Positions 46,501 through 59,734 of a DNA stretch of 64,000 nucleotides are shown in pieces. The position numbers and the translations under genes are program-made. The DNA comes from Macrostomum lignano (Eukaryota): positions 1 to 64,000 of the forward strand of contig NIVC01000473.1 of the NCBI GenBank assembly GCA_002269645.1, read 5' to 3'. The number at the start of each line of letters is the position of its first letter. Within the stretch, counting starts at the first letter, position 1. The notes under the pieces were generated by a model. The model saw only the letters and a program-made list of their open reading frames with translations, did not search any database and was not told the origin of the DNA.

Positions 46501-49500
46501 AAGCTGTAGTGAATACATGTGTGATTTGTGAAGCTGTAGTGAGTGTCTGTGTAATTTGTGAAGCTGTAGTGTCTGTGTGATTTGTGAAGCTGTAGTGAGT
46601 GTCTGTGTGATTTGTGAAGCTTTAGTGAACACCTGTGTGATTTGTGAAGCTGTAGTGAATGCCTGTGTGATTTGTGAAGCTGTAGTGAATGTCTGTGTGA
46701 TTTGTGAAGCTGTAGTGAATACTTGTGTGATTTGTGAAGCTGTAGTGAATGCATGTCTGATTTGTGAAGCTGTAGTGAATACATGTGTGATTTGTGAAGC
46801 TGTAGTGAGTGTCTGTGTAATTTGTGAAGCTGTAGTGTCTGTGTGATTTGTGAAGCTGTAGTGAGTGTCTGTGTGATTTGTGAAGCTTTAGTGAACACCT
46901 GTGTGATTTGTGAAGCTGTAGTGAATGCCTGTGTGATTTGTGAAGCTGTAGTGAATGTCTGTGTGATTTGTGAAGCTGTAGTGAATGTCTTTGTGATTTG
47001 TGAAGCTGTAGTGAATGTCTGTGTGATTTGTGAAGCTGTAGTGAATGTCTGTGTGATTTGTGAAGCTGTAGTGAATGCCTGTGTGATTTGTAAAGCTGTA
47101 GTGAATACTTGTGTGATTTGTGAAGCTGTAGTGAATGCGTGTGTGATTTGTGAAGCTGTAGTGAATTCATGTGTGATTTGTGAAGCTGTAGTGAATGTCT
47201 GTGTGATTTGTGAAGCAGTAGTGAATGTCTGTGTGATTTGTGAAGCTGTAGTGAATGCCAGTGTGATTTGTGAAGCTGTAGTGAATGCCTGTGTGATTTG
47301 TGAAGCTGTAGTGAATGCCTGTGTGATTTGTGAAGCTGTAGTGAATGCATGTGTGATTTTTGAAGCTGTAGTGAATGTCTGTGATTTGTGAAGCTGTAGT
47401 GAATGCATGTGTGATTTTTGAAGCTAAAGTAATAGCATGTGTGATTTGTGAAGAAGTAGTGAATTCATGTGTGATTTGTGAAGCTGTAGTGAATGCCTGT
47501 GTGATTTGTGAAACTGTAGTGAATGCCTGTGTGATTTGTGAAGCTGTAGTGAATACATGTGTGATTTGTGAAGCTGTAGTGAATACATGTGTGATTTGTG
47601 AAGCTGTAGTGAATGTCTGTGATTTGTGAAGCTGTAGTGAATGCCTGTGTGATTTGTGAAGCTGTAGTGAATGCATGTCTGATTTGTGAAGCTGTAGTGA
47701 ATACATGTGTGATTTGTGAAGCTGTAGTGAGTGTCTGTGTAATTTGTGAAGCTGTAGTGTCTGTGTGATTTGTGAAGCTGTAGTGAGTGTCTGTGTGATT
47801 TGTGAAGCTTTAGTGAACACCTGTGTGATTTGTGAAGCTGTAGTGAATGCCTGTGTGATTTGTGAAGCTGTAGTGAATGTCTGTGTGATTTGTGAAGCTG
47901 TAGTGAATGTCTTTGTGATTTGTGAAGCTGTAGTGAATGTCTGTGTGATTTGTGAAGCTGTAGTGAATGTCTGTGTGATTTGTGAAGCTGTAGTGAATGC
48001 CTGTGTGATTTGTAAAGCTGTAGTGAATACTTGTGTGATTTGTGAAGCTGTAGTGAATGCGTGTGTGATTTGTGAAGCTGTAGTGAATTCATGTGTGATT
48101 TGTGAAGCTGTAGTGAATGTCTGTGTGATTTGTGAAGCAGTAGTGAATGTCTGTGTGATTTGTGAAGCTGTAGTGAATGTCTGTGTGATTTGTGAAGCTG
48201 TAGTGAATGTCTGTGTGATTTGTGAAGCTGTAGTGAATGCCTGTGTGATTTGTGAAGCTGTAGTGAATGTCTGTGTGATTTGTGAAGCTGTAGTGAATGT
48301 CTTTGTGATTTGTGAAGCTGTAGTGAATGCATGTGTGATTTGTGAAGCTGTAGTGAATGTCTGTGTGATTTGTGAAGCAGTAGTGAATGTCTGTGTGATT
48401 TGTGAAGCTGTAGTGAATGCATGTGTGATTTGTGAAGCTGTAGTGAATGTCTGTGTGATTTGTGAAGCTGTAGTGAATGCGTGTGTGATTTGTGACTGCA
48501 GAGTGACAATGAAGAGTGAAAACGGCAGAGTGACAAACTGCAGGGACAGTAAAGAATGACAAACTGCAGTGACAGTGAAGAGTGACAAACTGCAATGATA
48601 GTGAAGAGTGACAAACTGCAGTGACAGTGAAGAGTGACAAACTGCAGTGACAGTGAAGAGTGACAAACTGCAGTGATAGTGAAGAGTGACAAACTGCAGT
48701 GACAGTGAAGAGTGACAAACTGCAGTGACAGTGAATAGTGACAAACTGCAGAGACAGTTAAGAGTGACAAACTGCAGTGTGGCAGTAAAGAAGAGAAGAG
48801 TGAAAATGTGACAGTGAAAAATCATGTTTGTGAACAGCCAATAACAGAGCACAGTCTTATTGTTACCTGCACCCGAAGCACGCGCAGGTGAACAATCTCT
48901 TCATTCTCTTCTTCGCGCACTTTCTCAGTCTGCAGCTGTAGCCGGCCAATCAAATTGAGCTTGCCGCGCTTCTGTACTTTTTTGTTTTTGCTGAAAATAA
49001 TTTATAATGCATAATATTGTGTGTATTGTAGATCTGACTTTGCACAATGGCATTCGTTGAATATATTAGTCCATCTAGTCATGATCCTCTAAGCCACTGA
49101 AGTACAGGTAGCATTGGTAGAGGTACTTTAACCACATCTACAGTTCATTCACCATTTTACAAGTCTATCTACCGGTCCTGCTAATAATTTAGTTTCCCTA
49201 CCTTTAAATACGTACTAAATTTTACCCTAACCTTCTCACCCCACCCTAACTGTGCCCTACTTTATCTCTGAACCAAAGGTACCTTTATCTTACCCCAACC
49301 CTACCTAACCTAGCCTACCCGGCCTTACCCTTATCTCTCTTATCCTACGTCCTCCATTCCCACTACCGTACCTTCCCTAATCTAACCTTACCCTACCCCC
49401 TACCCTACCCTACTCCAAACATACTCTACTCCAACCTATCATTTTCCAACCTACACTACTTCCCTTACCCTACCCTGTCTTTCATTTTTCAACAGAAACT

Positions 49501-52500
49501 ACCTCCCCTACCTCAACCAACCCTACCTCCCCTAGCCCAACCAACCCTACCTCCCCTAGCCCAACCAACCCTACCTCCCCTACCCCAACCTACCCTAACT
49601 TCTCTAAGCCAACCTACACTACCTACCCAAGCTCCCCAACCCCAACCAATTCCCCCCTTAGCAACTCACACAAGGCAGAAGCCATTATTAAGCCAGAACA
49701 CGGTGGCCGGATTAAAATCCCTAGCCGAAGACACCTCGGGAGAGTAGCACAGCAGCTGATGGGCCAGTTTAGGATAGGCCACCAGCGACCAAAGCGTCCG
49801 ACGCAGCTCTCCGTCTGGCAGCTCCGTGGCCAGCCGCAGACTTTCAAAGCTAATCCGATCGTGCCGCCGAGAATTCCAAGCGTACAACACCGCCATCTGG
49901 AAGGTGGTCACGTCGATGTCATATTTACCAATGTCGCTATCAAAGGTCAGAGTGCCATTAGACATTAGATGATTCCAGTGCAGCCTCCGGCCAAGATGCT
50001 TCTGCTTGTAGAAATCTTCAACGCGAGGCACAAAATCCTCCAGTTCCCGAGGCAGAGTAACGGCAATACGCTCCGACGGTCGAAGCCACGAGCCCATGTT
50101 GAGTATCTTGATGCCAACAGTCTCGGCCATGGCTTCCTGACTATTATTACGCAACTGCTCCTTGAATTCTTGATTAAGATCGCCGGACACTTTCACGTCT
50201 TGGAACATCCTAGCCAGCTTGTTGACGTACTCGGCTGGCATGCCGCCCTCTCGAAGCCAGTCGACCATGGCTTCTTCTTTCTCCGTGTCAGCCGAACTGT
50301 CTAGTATCAGGCGCCTTGTCAGGTGGGCCTTGTGATACTTCATAAATACGTCCTTGTTTTGCACGTATTTTAGCACTAATAGCACGTCTTTTAGGCGCTT
50401 CTCCACCTGTGCGGGTAGGTGCGGGGTGTCATTGAGGTGTCAGACGGCGCTTAAGTTTCATGTGGAGCTAAAATGTCAGACGGAGCTAACGAGAGTATCA
50501 GACGGAGCTAGAATGTCAGACGGATCTAATAAATTTTCAGACAGAGCTAATGAAAGTGTCAGACGGAGCTAATGAAAGTGTCAGACGAAACTAATGAAAT
50601 TGTCAGACAGAGCTAATGAAAGTGTCAGACAGAGCTAATGAAAGTGTCAGACGGAGCTAATGAAAGTGTCAGACAGAGCTAATGAAAGTGTCAGACGGAG
50701 CTAACGAGAGTATCAGACGGAGCTAGAGTGTCAGACAGAGCTAATGAAAGTGTCAGACAGAGCTAATGAAAGTGTCAGACGGAGCTAATGAAAGTGTCAG
50801 ACAGAGCTGAAGTGTCAGGTGGAGCTTAAGTGTCAGATGAAGCTAACTGAAATGCCAGACGGAGCTTAATGAAGTGTCAGACGAAACTAATTAAAGTGTC
50901 AGACGGAGCTTAATGAAAGTGTCAGACAGAGCTAATGAAAGTTCAGACAGAGCTAATGAAGTGTCAGACGGAGCTAATGAAAGTTCAGACAGAGCTGATG
51001 AAAGTGTCAGACGGAGCTAATGAAAGTTCAGACAGAGCTGAAGTGTCAGGTGAAGCTAACTGAAATGTCAGACGGAGCTTAATGAAGTGTCAGACGAAAC
51101 TAATTAAAGTGTCAGACGGAGCTTTAAAAAGTGTTAATCCACTAAGTTCAATAACGCTTTAATTTAAACACCTAACGAAGACGTGAATCAAAACAAACCA
51201 AACGTTTTACTTACCTCGTCAGACGTAAGCCGCTTACTCAGTGGAGTCTTCCTCAACAGCATGTCGCAATAGTTAGCCAGCTGCTCCGGACACCTGGACT
51301 CCGGCAGGGTTTTACCTCCGGCAGCTTTCTTAGTTGGCAATTCTAATCGAAACACTGACGTATCGTTAACGATAGCCTCGTAGGCGATATCGCGAGACGT
51401 AAGAAACCTCGGATCGTTGCTAAACGCCCGATCTACCAAGCTGCTGAACTGCTCGAATAAGTCTAGCAGTTTCTCTACGTACTGCTCAGAGTCTGACAGG
51501 ATCAGCTGAGCGCTAGCAACCATGTTCTCGAGGCCTTTCTGACGGATGTGCCGTTCCAGTGCCTCTCGCATCGGTTGGACACCGTCTGGCACGCGGTCCA
51601 GAAGGCTGAACATCAGGCGGAGCCGCTCCGTTTGACCTTCGTTTATCATCGGCTCGCACTCTTGCAGGATGGCCTCTTTAAAGGCGCTTACCTGCGGGGG
51701 AAATTTTTGGAGAAATTGGTTTGGAGGTGACACTGGAGATACGGAATCTGCCTCAATGCTAATCGAATCTGCCTCAGTGCTAATTGAATCTGCCTCAATA
51801 CTAATTGAATCTGCCTCAATGCTAATTGAATCTGCCTCACCACTACTTGAATCTGCCTCACAAGTACTTGAGTCTGCCTCACCACTACTTGAGTCTGCTT
51901 CGCTTCCCTCTATATATTCAGGATTCTAAGAAAGCAGACTCACCAGAACATCCACGCATCTAGCAACCAGCTTAGACACAGAATTGCAGCCCGGCTTGGT
52001 CTCCAAATACCGCTTCGCTCTGTCCTCCTCTTCTTTAAGCTTCTTATCAGCGTACTCCATGTACTCTTGCACGCCTCGCATGTTCAGATGCTGATTGGCT
52101 TGAGTCCGGTAGAAAGTTTCCGTGCTGTCTAAATACGAGCGCTCGAAATTGTCCTCGTAGATACGCAGGCGTTCGTCCGAGCTCGGACTGAGATTAACGT
52201 AGCTCTCGCGAACTCCAATCACAAGGCCAGCGTCAATGGGCTCGCCGCGGCGTTCCTGCTCCACCAGCTTCATAGCGGAGGCCTGGGGAAGGGGGAGAAG
52301 TCGATTTGAATGAAATTTTTAAAAGAAAATGGATCAAGAAATACAGAATGGATTGCTAATCTAGCCAACGTCATGGATGAAGGCATAGAATGGATTGCTA
52401 ATCTAGCCAACGTCATGGATGAAGGAACAGAATGGATTGCTAATCTAGCCAGCATCATGGATAAAGGCATAGAATGGATTGCTAATCTGGCCAACGTCAT

Positions 52501-53447
52501 GGATGAAGGAATAGAATGGATTGCTAATCTAGCCAGCATCATGGATAAAGGCATAGAATGGATTGCTAATCTAGCCAACGTCATGGATGAAGGCATATAA
52601 TGGATTGCTAATCTAGCCAACACCATAGATGAAGGCATAGAATGGATTGCTAATCTAGCCAACACAGTGGATGAAGGAACAGAATGGATTGCTAATCTAG
52701 CCAACATCATGGATAAAGGCATAGAATGGATTGCTAATCTAGCCAACGTCATGGATAAAGACATAGAATGGATTGCTAATCTAGCCAACACAGTGGATGA
52801 AGGAACAGAATGAATTGCTAATATTGCAGGAAAGCTCGTTCTACAGCCAGCGCTGAGGCGATTCCGCCATTCTGCTGACTCCTGACCACACACAAGCGCG
52901 CCAACACTGTACGCAGGCACAAACTCGTACACCCGCTCACACAGGGTGTACAGCGGCCTGAGTTTATAATTCGTCAGGGTTGTCAATGACTCACCTGCAA
53001 TCTGTGCTTAATATCCATGAAGATATTCTGATTCCAAGCCTTCAACATGATTTTAGTGACATAGCGACTCTCTTTAGCCGACTTTTTAGACGGTCCAGTG
53101 TGCATCTTGACACCTAAAGTGCTTTCCACTTGGCTAAACGGCTTGGGCAGGTACTCGCATAGAGTGAAGAACTTCTTCCATTCAACTATGTAGGCCTTCA
53201 AAAGGGCGCTATCTTCTTGGTGCTGCATAACTCGCCTCTCAGCATCTTTAACATAGCCAGTGATAACCTCATCTAAAGCAGTGATAAGCTTCTGTGGGCC
53301 GCTCTCGTCCCAGACGCTGATATTGTGCACAGCAGCAAACAGGTCGTGCCATTCTGCTTTGCTAACATTCTGCTGATAAAGCAACTTCTGAAGTGTGCCA
53401 TGAACTGCTGGCCACTTGCTTTCAAACGATGTGTCAGCTTTTTGCAT
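40577..53447 (-). CDS. CUL5: Cullin-5, 6 coding exons, ~774 aa
   Basis: Exons 53447-52995, 52282-51944, 51691-51215, 50406-49670, 48990-48867 and 40771-40577, in phase with GT-AG. Motifs ALLKAYIVEWKKFF, LANYCDMLLRKTPLSK, VLKYVQNKDVFMKYHKAHLTRRLIL, and the neddylation-site region IVTIMKSRK. Confidence 0.96.
40795..48495. repeat. 7.7-kb 30-bp minisatellite (tgtgtgatttgtgaagctgtagtgaatgcc) filling the last coding intron of CUL5
   Basis: Continuous tandem array with variant units and higher-order periodicity. Confidence 0.98.
48495..48800. repeat. 26-bp minisatellite (cagtgacagtgaagagtgacaaactg) adjoining the 30-bp array
   Basis: Direct tandem copies. Confidence 0.85.
49225..49665. repeat. C-rich degenerate (cctaccc/cctaac) low-complexity tract in CUL5 intron 4
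   Basis: Direct inspection; G-rich on the CUL5 sense strand. Confidence 0.8.
50445..51125. repeat. ~22-bp minisatellite (gtcagacggagctaatgaaagt) in CUL5 intron 3
   Basis: Direct tandem copies. Confidence 0.9.
51742..51905. repeat. 21-bp minisatellite (gaatctgcctcaatgctaatt) in CUL5 intron 2
   Basis: 7-aa pseudo-period ESASMLI. Confidence 0.85.
52340..52822. repeat. 42-bp minisatellite in CUL5 intron 1, inverted copy of the 37947-40162 family
   Basis: tagaatggattgctaatctagccaacgtcatggatgaaggca is the reverse complement of the 38-40 kb unit. Confidence 0.92.
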
Positions 53448-55168
53448 GTTTCACTTGGTCTACTGTTGAGAGTCGGGCACTGTTTTCTTTATTATAGTTC
53501 TATTGTTAACAATATGCAAGCATGAATTTTATTAACAATTTTATTGTTCGAATCTATGATGCCAAAGTGAAAATCAACATCTCTACCTCTCTGGCCAATA
53601 GAAGTTGTTTGCTGTCTGCAGGCTCCATGTTTTATAGATTTAGACATATTTAAATTCTAAAAATCCTAATATTTCTAAACTTATTCATACTTCAAAAATG
53701 AATTGTAAAAGATGAATTGTAAAATATATTAGAACTTAAATAAAAATGGTATCCAAAAAAAGAAAAAATAGGGTGCTAGTTTGGCATTAGGCATTCAAAT
53801 CCAAGATGCCTTAATTAAAATTGATTTGTTATGACTAGAAGTAATTAGCATCGAAATCATGATTTTTAACTGCTAATTGGAAAAAAATTGGAATCCCTAT
53901 TGTACCTTATCTCTAAAAATTATATTGCCAACCTTTTCACATAAGCTATAGTCATAGTCATGACATTTTTAATGATACAAAATCTAGCTAATGATAATTA
54001 ATTCACTTGTGATCTTTTTTGACATGAAGTATTGGTTAGAAATGCACCTGGTTAACACACTATTGCTATTTATAAATTTTTTTGTCTAATTAAAACAAAT
54101 ATTAGAATAGTATTTGACTGCATTGTTTTGCATTGCAAATAGGTGAAAATGCTTGTAATTTTGGGAAAATTAGTCAATGGCATTAAATAAGTATTATCAA
54201 GATAAGTTATAAACAAAAATTAACTGATTTCTTATTTTAATTGCTTGCTTCCTATTGAGAGACGAACGCTTGGCTAGAGGGGGCAATGACCGTAGGCTGC
54301 CTATGACCGGGCAATGACCTGACGGACCTCCAGCACCAGACTGTCCCGCCCACATGATTAGGAGCTTTGGTAGCGCTTCGTGACCAGAGGGCCAAGGACC
54401 CACATGGACCCCACCTGTAGCCAAGGTGCAATAGTTGGTCACTCGGTCATGGTATGACCGAGTGGCTGCCACCACTCTATGTGACCTGGCGCACCTGGAT
54501 CTTTCTACCAGACATCTCGAGGCTAGAGCCCCGCCTGGATTGGTTACCAGGGGATTTAGGCTAACAGGGGAGACGCATGCAGCCGAGTACAGGGACTCTG
54601 CTTGGGGCATGATCGGGAACTCTGGGCTCAATCCTGGAGGATTTCTCAGCAGGGGATCCTTTGTGGCTGTGAGCGAGGCTGGCTCGCGACTTTGATTACT
54701 AAGAGTAGTATGAGGCGAACATGTACTGTCTCTAGTTTTGATTGCTCAGGGCGAAGGGACGCGTTAGCATGGGGTTGCAACCTTCCTACTGCCATTCTGT
54801 GCCAAGACTCGCTAATCCCTCTACTGCACGCACACGCGGCCCCGCAGCACGCACTCACAGGCGGGCTTTGCACGGGGAGAGGCCATTAGCTTACCCAAAC
54901 TTCCTTATGCTTTGCCACCCCGGGAGAAAGGCTTAGCAAGCCATGAGTTAAATGATGGTGAAAGATTGAATAATGATGAAGTTAGTTAATAGTTAATAAT
55001 TAGGCCCTTAGGCGAATAATCAGGCGATTAGGCGACTTCACTATTGAGTCAAATACAGCAAAAGATACGGTATCACAATTGGCTCAGCTCTCTAATCAGA
55101 CAATGGAAAATAGGCAAACCCCGGATAAGCAAAGGCAATTAGAGCACAAATTAGTAACAGGAACTTAC

Positions 55169-55580
55169 CGGCAGCTGCACAGAGAGAGAGAGAGGCGGAG
55201 TGACCGCGGGCGGCTGTAGGCTGCAGTCAGGCAGATGGTGAAGCGGCGATGCGCTGAGGCGACGAGGCGCTGGTGTAGATCAGGCGGAGCTGATGATGCT
55301 GGGCGGTGTCAGACCGCGGGCCGATAGGCGAGCTCACTTGGGGAGCTGAAGATAACTTAGCGGTAACAGACCGCGGACCGGCAGGGATTCGTCTTATAGA
55401 CGAATGGGTCAGAACTCAATCTGACAGCAAGTCCAAAGAAGGACGAGGAGAGGAAAAGTCTGAGGATTCTCATGCCGAAATCGCTTCCTTTTATAGACCT
55501 CACAGCCGCCTCCTCAAGGTCGTTACCATGGCTCCCTCTCTCTGATTGGCTGCCGGCAGAATGACGTCAGAATGAGTCAT
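55169..55580 (-). promoter_or_regulatory. Probable CUL5 promoter and non-coding first exon
   Basis: GC-rich segment ending in a consensus donor G|GTAAGT at 55168 on the minus strand. Clustered ATTGG (55545-55549), TGACGTCA (55562-55569) and TGAGTCA (55573-55579) upstream. Confidence 0.45.
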
Positions 55581-58500
55581 GATGAGAAGCATGAGACCGG
55601 CATAGCAACATGAGAAATAGGGAAATTGCGCAATCCGGAGGTGGGGTGGGGGGATAATTGGCGCAGCGGGTGGTTGCGAAAGTGTTGCGCAAGCAAACAT
55701 TGAGAACAATAGGGCTGGGGTCGAGAACAAAGGAATTGGAAATCGGGGATAATTGGGGAAAACTGAGAACAATGGAAAAGTAAACATTGGAGAAAAGGTG
55801 ATAATTAGGTGCGAAAACGAGAACAAAAGAAAGAGAAAATCGGAGGAAATGTGATAATTGGTGGGGGTCGAGAGAACAAAAGAATCAAAAAACTAGAACA
55901 ATAGAAGCGGAGGTGGGGTGGGTGTCGCATGAGAAATTTGGGGAGGAGAACAATGGCATGAGAAAAGGTTACGCAAGAGAGGGGGATGAGTCATCGATGA
56001 GTCATCGGGGGGAAGAAGGGGTCACACGACTTGCGTCACCGTTTGGGAGTTTGGGAGGGGATGGGGAGACGGTGAGCACACCAAATACTGTAAGTAGACA
56101 CAGAGAAGGAGGGGACAGCGCAGGAAAAGAGTGCAGAGAGAGACAAAAAGAGGGGGAAAGGGAAAGTACAAGAAGAATAGGGTGGAGTGCAGGGGAGATA
56201 AGGTAGAGGGGAGAGTACAGAGAGGGACAGGGAGCTCCGGAAAGGCAGGTGTGGCGGCAGGGGAGACGGAACCAAGGCAGTAGGAGGGGTGCAGCAGAGC
56301 GGGAGTCTCCAGGCCTGGGCGGAGACCTGGCCGAGTCTCGACAGCTCTGTGCAGAGGGTGCACGGGATAGGAGGCACTTTCGAAAAAGTTCCCATGCCCT
56401 ATCCCGCGACCAGAGCGTGGTTACATCATAATTGATTTATATTGTACTTTCTTTGCAAACCAAAGTATATAAAAACACAAAATATTAATATAAAGAGGCT
56501 ATAGAGATTTGTAAAGATAAAGTTGCAATAAAACCAATTATAGTGTAAGAGCTGTGAATTAAGAGTCAAATTACAAAGTGTATACTATGACATGCATGTG
56601 CAGCATATAAAATAACTAAGGAGCAATTACATAGCTAGCAAAAGGTTAGAATGACTTACCCAACTGAGGCGGCAGCATGTACAAAGTAAAGTGTGATGAA
56701 AATAATAAGACAGCAACCCCCATCCCTGATAGCACAAATCAAATCAAATCACAAATCAGCACTGGGTTCTTTATAAGCAGAAGGTAAATTTCAGTATATA
56801 TGTTAAAAGGAACTATTGTATATTTATTCTTAAAAGAATTAATTTTGCAAATGCAAACTGTTATAACTTTTATTATATTTGTTTTTTTATTTCTAGAAAG
56901 GTTGTATATAGAGACTTTTACTCTATTAGGTATACACTCTCACACTGCATGCCTATCCTAATACAAAGCCTAATATGTTTTCATTTTCAACAAGACATCA
57001 AACAAGACATTCTGCAGTTTGTAGCAGCTTTATTCTATAGTTTTTGTCTCTAAGATCTAGAATGCAATGCTGTTTGCACCTAAGTTTATAAAACTGCAAA
57101 GTCATAAACACTGCAAATGCAATTAAAATCATGGTTTCCACTAACTCTGAGGCCTAGATAAAATAGGTCACCATGGTTTATAAGCAGTTTAGTTTGCTTA
57201 GCTATATAACCTGGACATCCAACTGTAGCAATAGGTACATCTTATCATACATTCCTACTGTCTACCATGAAAGAAAATAATAATGATAATTACTATTAAA
57301 CTTATAATAAATTTCTTATCAACAAAGTATAAAGCCTTAAATGGTATTTTTAGCATTATTTATTGATTTTTTCATACTAAAAATCACTGTACCCTATACA
57401 TATCTTCATTTCTTATTGTTATACTTGTAGATATTCTTATTGATTTATTTTTTATTCATATCTACTTACTTAGCTTTGATGCAATTGTATTTGTGTGCCT
57501 TGGTTATATTTCAATATTTTGCCCTGCTAAGAACATGGATCATCATAGCATCAGTTTTTATGTTTAATATACTTATAGTGTTCCACCATAGCTATACCTG
57601 CAGCTATAGGATCTTATGGAAAGATGGTAAAATAGGTGCATATGGCAACTACAGATATGCCTATAGTAGATAGCTACTCTTATGGCTATGACTATGAAAA
57701 TATAGTAGCTGTTGTTGCATTTTGTAGATTCCTATAGCCATAGGCCTAGAGTAATTAATTAAAAAAATAACAAAATATTAGAAATAGGTAGAGACAATAG
57801 AGTAAACCAAAGATACTTTGGTAGATTGTATTATAGACTAGATTTTTTTAAGTTGGAAATCCAATTACCAGCTAGCCCTTAGGGCTCAAAATCTAATTGC
57901 CAATGTTTATTTTTGGTTGCACATTGGCAATTAGCTAAATTATCAAAGATAGATATTTCTAAAGCTGCACTTGAAAAGCAGAAATTTGTTCCCTCAACTC
58001 TTGTCTAAGATTGCTATCTATGCTACAAACAATAACAAACCAATAATTCTATCATATTGATTCATATAGCACTTTTATTATACTTTTAGACTTACAAACT
58101 TATAAATTATGCCTATACCTAATAAAGTACTTACAATAAAACACTAGCAAAATCAAACTTTAAATAATGTGAAAAAGTTTAGCATTAGTACTTTCAGTAG
58201 GCCCCTAGCCCACACTCCGGATCATGTAGTATATACCCAAAAATTTGGGCATGCACTGGCCTTGCATGCCAAAATTAGGGGTGTACAATTGATGTGTATC
58301 ACTCCTGAGAAAATAGTATATGTGCATACCTGGTGTGCACTTTATAGAATCATGCGTAAGAGTTATTGTAAAGCTGAAAAAAATGAAAAAAGTTCATTTT
58401 TAAATGCAAATTTCAACCTTTCTGGTTTTTTCAAGCTCATAAAAGAACATTTAAACAAATCTTTGTGTGTAGGCCTATAAATTTTCCACTGTTAATAGGC

Positions 58501-58784
58501 CTAGTATCACCAAAAAAGCATGAAAAGCAACCAAATTATCTGGTAATAAAGGTCTATTACACAATTTAAAAAAGGTATTTTATTGTCACAACGTAAAAAA
58601 GGTTATTTATTATCACAACACTGGCATATTTTTGAGAATAGGCATGCACTACATTTTTTTGGCGTGCATTTGTTATTATTCAATTTTTGTTTGGGCGTGC
58701 ACCCAGCATGATCCAGACTATGGCCCCTAGCAATTAAGTATTGTTACTCTTTATAAAAAGGTTATAATATAGGCCTAATTTTAC

Positions 58785-59350
58785 GGCAACTGATCAAAAG
58801 GGCGACAGATGAAAAGGGCGACAGTTAAAAGGGCGACAGTCAAAAGGGCGACAGGGTATTAGACCAAGAACTACTTAAATGGAAGGACGGGAAACCTCGT
58901 TTCTTAGAAAATCTTAGAATCTTAGCAATAACAATTTTTGTGCTGACAATTTGTACTTGTATGTTAGAATGGGGTTCTAATATTTAATGTATGCTCATAC
59001 ATTGTACATTGAAACATAGATCAGTGGGGTTTATTTATTTCATTCACTGAAATAAATGGACCTCACTGAACCACATTTTAACATTTAATAGTGTCTCCAA
59101 TACGTGTCCAGCTTTTATACAATTAAAATACAACCCCATTTTAACTGACTCGTACAATTTTAACAACGCATTTTAACAAATACAAGTATGATACATGTTT
59201 AACTGCTTTTAACAAATACTTTTAATGTGCGTGGAACTTGTATTTTCAATATAAATACACTGTAATTGTCGCCCTTTTGACTGTCGCCCTTTTGACTATC
59301 GCCCTTTTAACTGTCGCCCTTTTGATCTGTCGCCCTTTTGACCTGTAGCC
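58785..59350. mobile_element. Foldback-type MITE with 15-16-bp subterminal repeats and 8-bp TSD (Merlin/MULE-like)
   Basis: aaaagggcgacag repeats at the left end and inverted tgtcgcccttt repeats at the right. Termini GGC...GCC; TSD aattttac at 58777-58784 and 59351-59358. Confidence 0.85.
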
Positions 59351-59734
59351 AATTTTACAAAGGCAATCAAGTGTTTTTTAATTTTAGCCTTAATTTACAG
59401 ATGTTTAACTTTAAGCACCAGTTTATCTTTTGGATTCAAAATATTTTGTTTCCTAGACTTTTTGCTAAAACTATAGTAGGCCTATGGCTACAGCTACAAA
59501 TAGGAACTAGGCCTATAAGAATATGGTAATATTAGAGTCCTCTGGTCCTATAGTTTTATGACAAAATATGGAGCATTATAATAAGCTAGGGTCTATAGTT
59601 TTGCTTAAAGCTATAGCTATGGCAGATGGACCCCCTTATGGTAGAATACTACCTAAATATACATTTGCACATTTGCAAACCAAAAGATAATTTGACATTT
59701 ATACATATGCTTCATATCGGTAAAGGGCATAAAG

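Noticed and set aside
40730-48852. Very long ORFs on both strands (up to 918 aa; mucin-like TTASQITQ, His-rich LQLHKSH and Cys-rich VICEAVVN repeats)
   Set aside because: Artefact of a stop-free 30-bp satellite inside a CUL5 intron. Frames switch at deleted units and there is no unique coding sequence.
54640-54770. HDV-like ribozyme suggested by ggcgaagggac
   Set aside because: No matching P1/P2/P3 pairing partners could be identified upstream.
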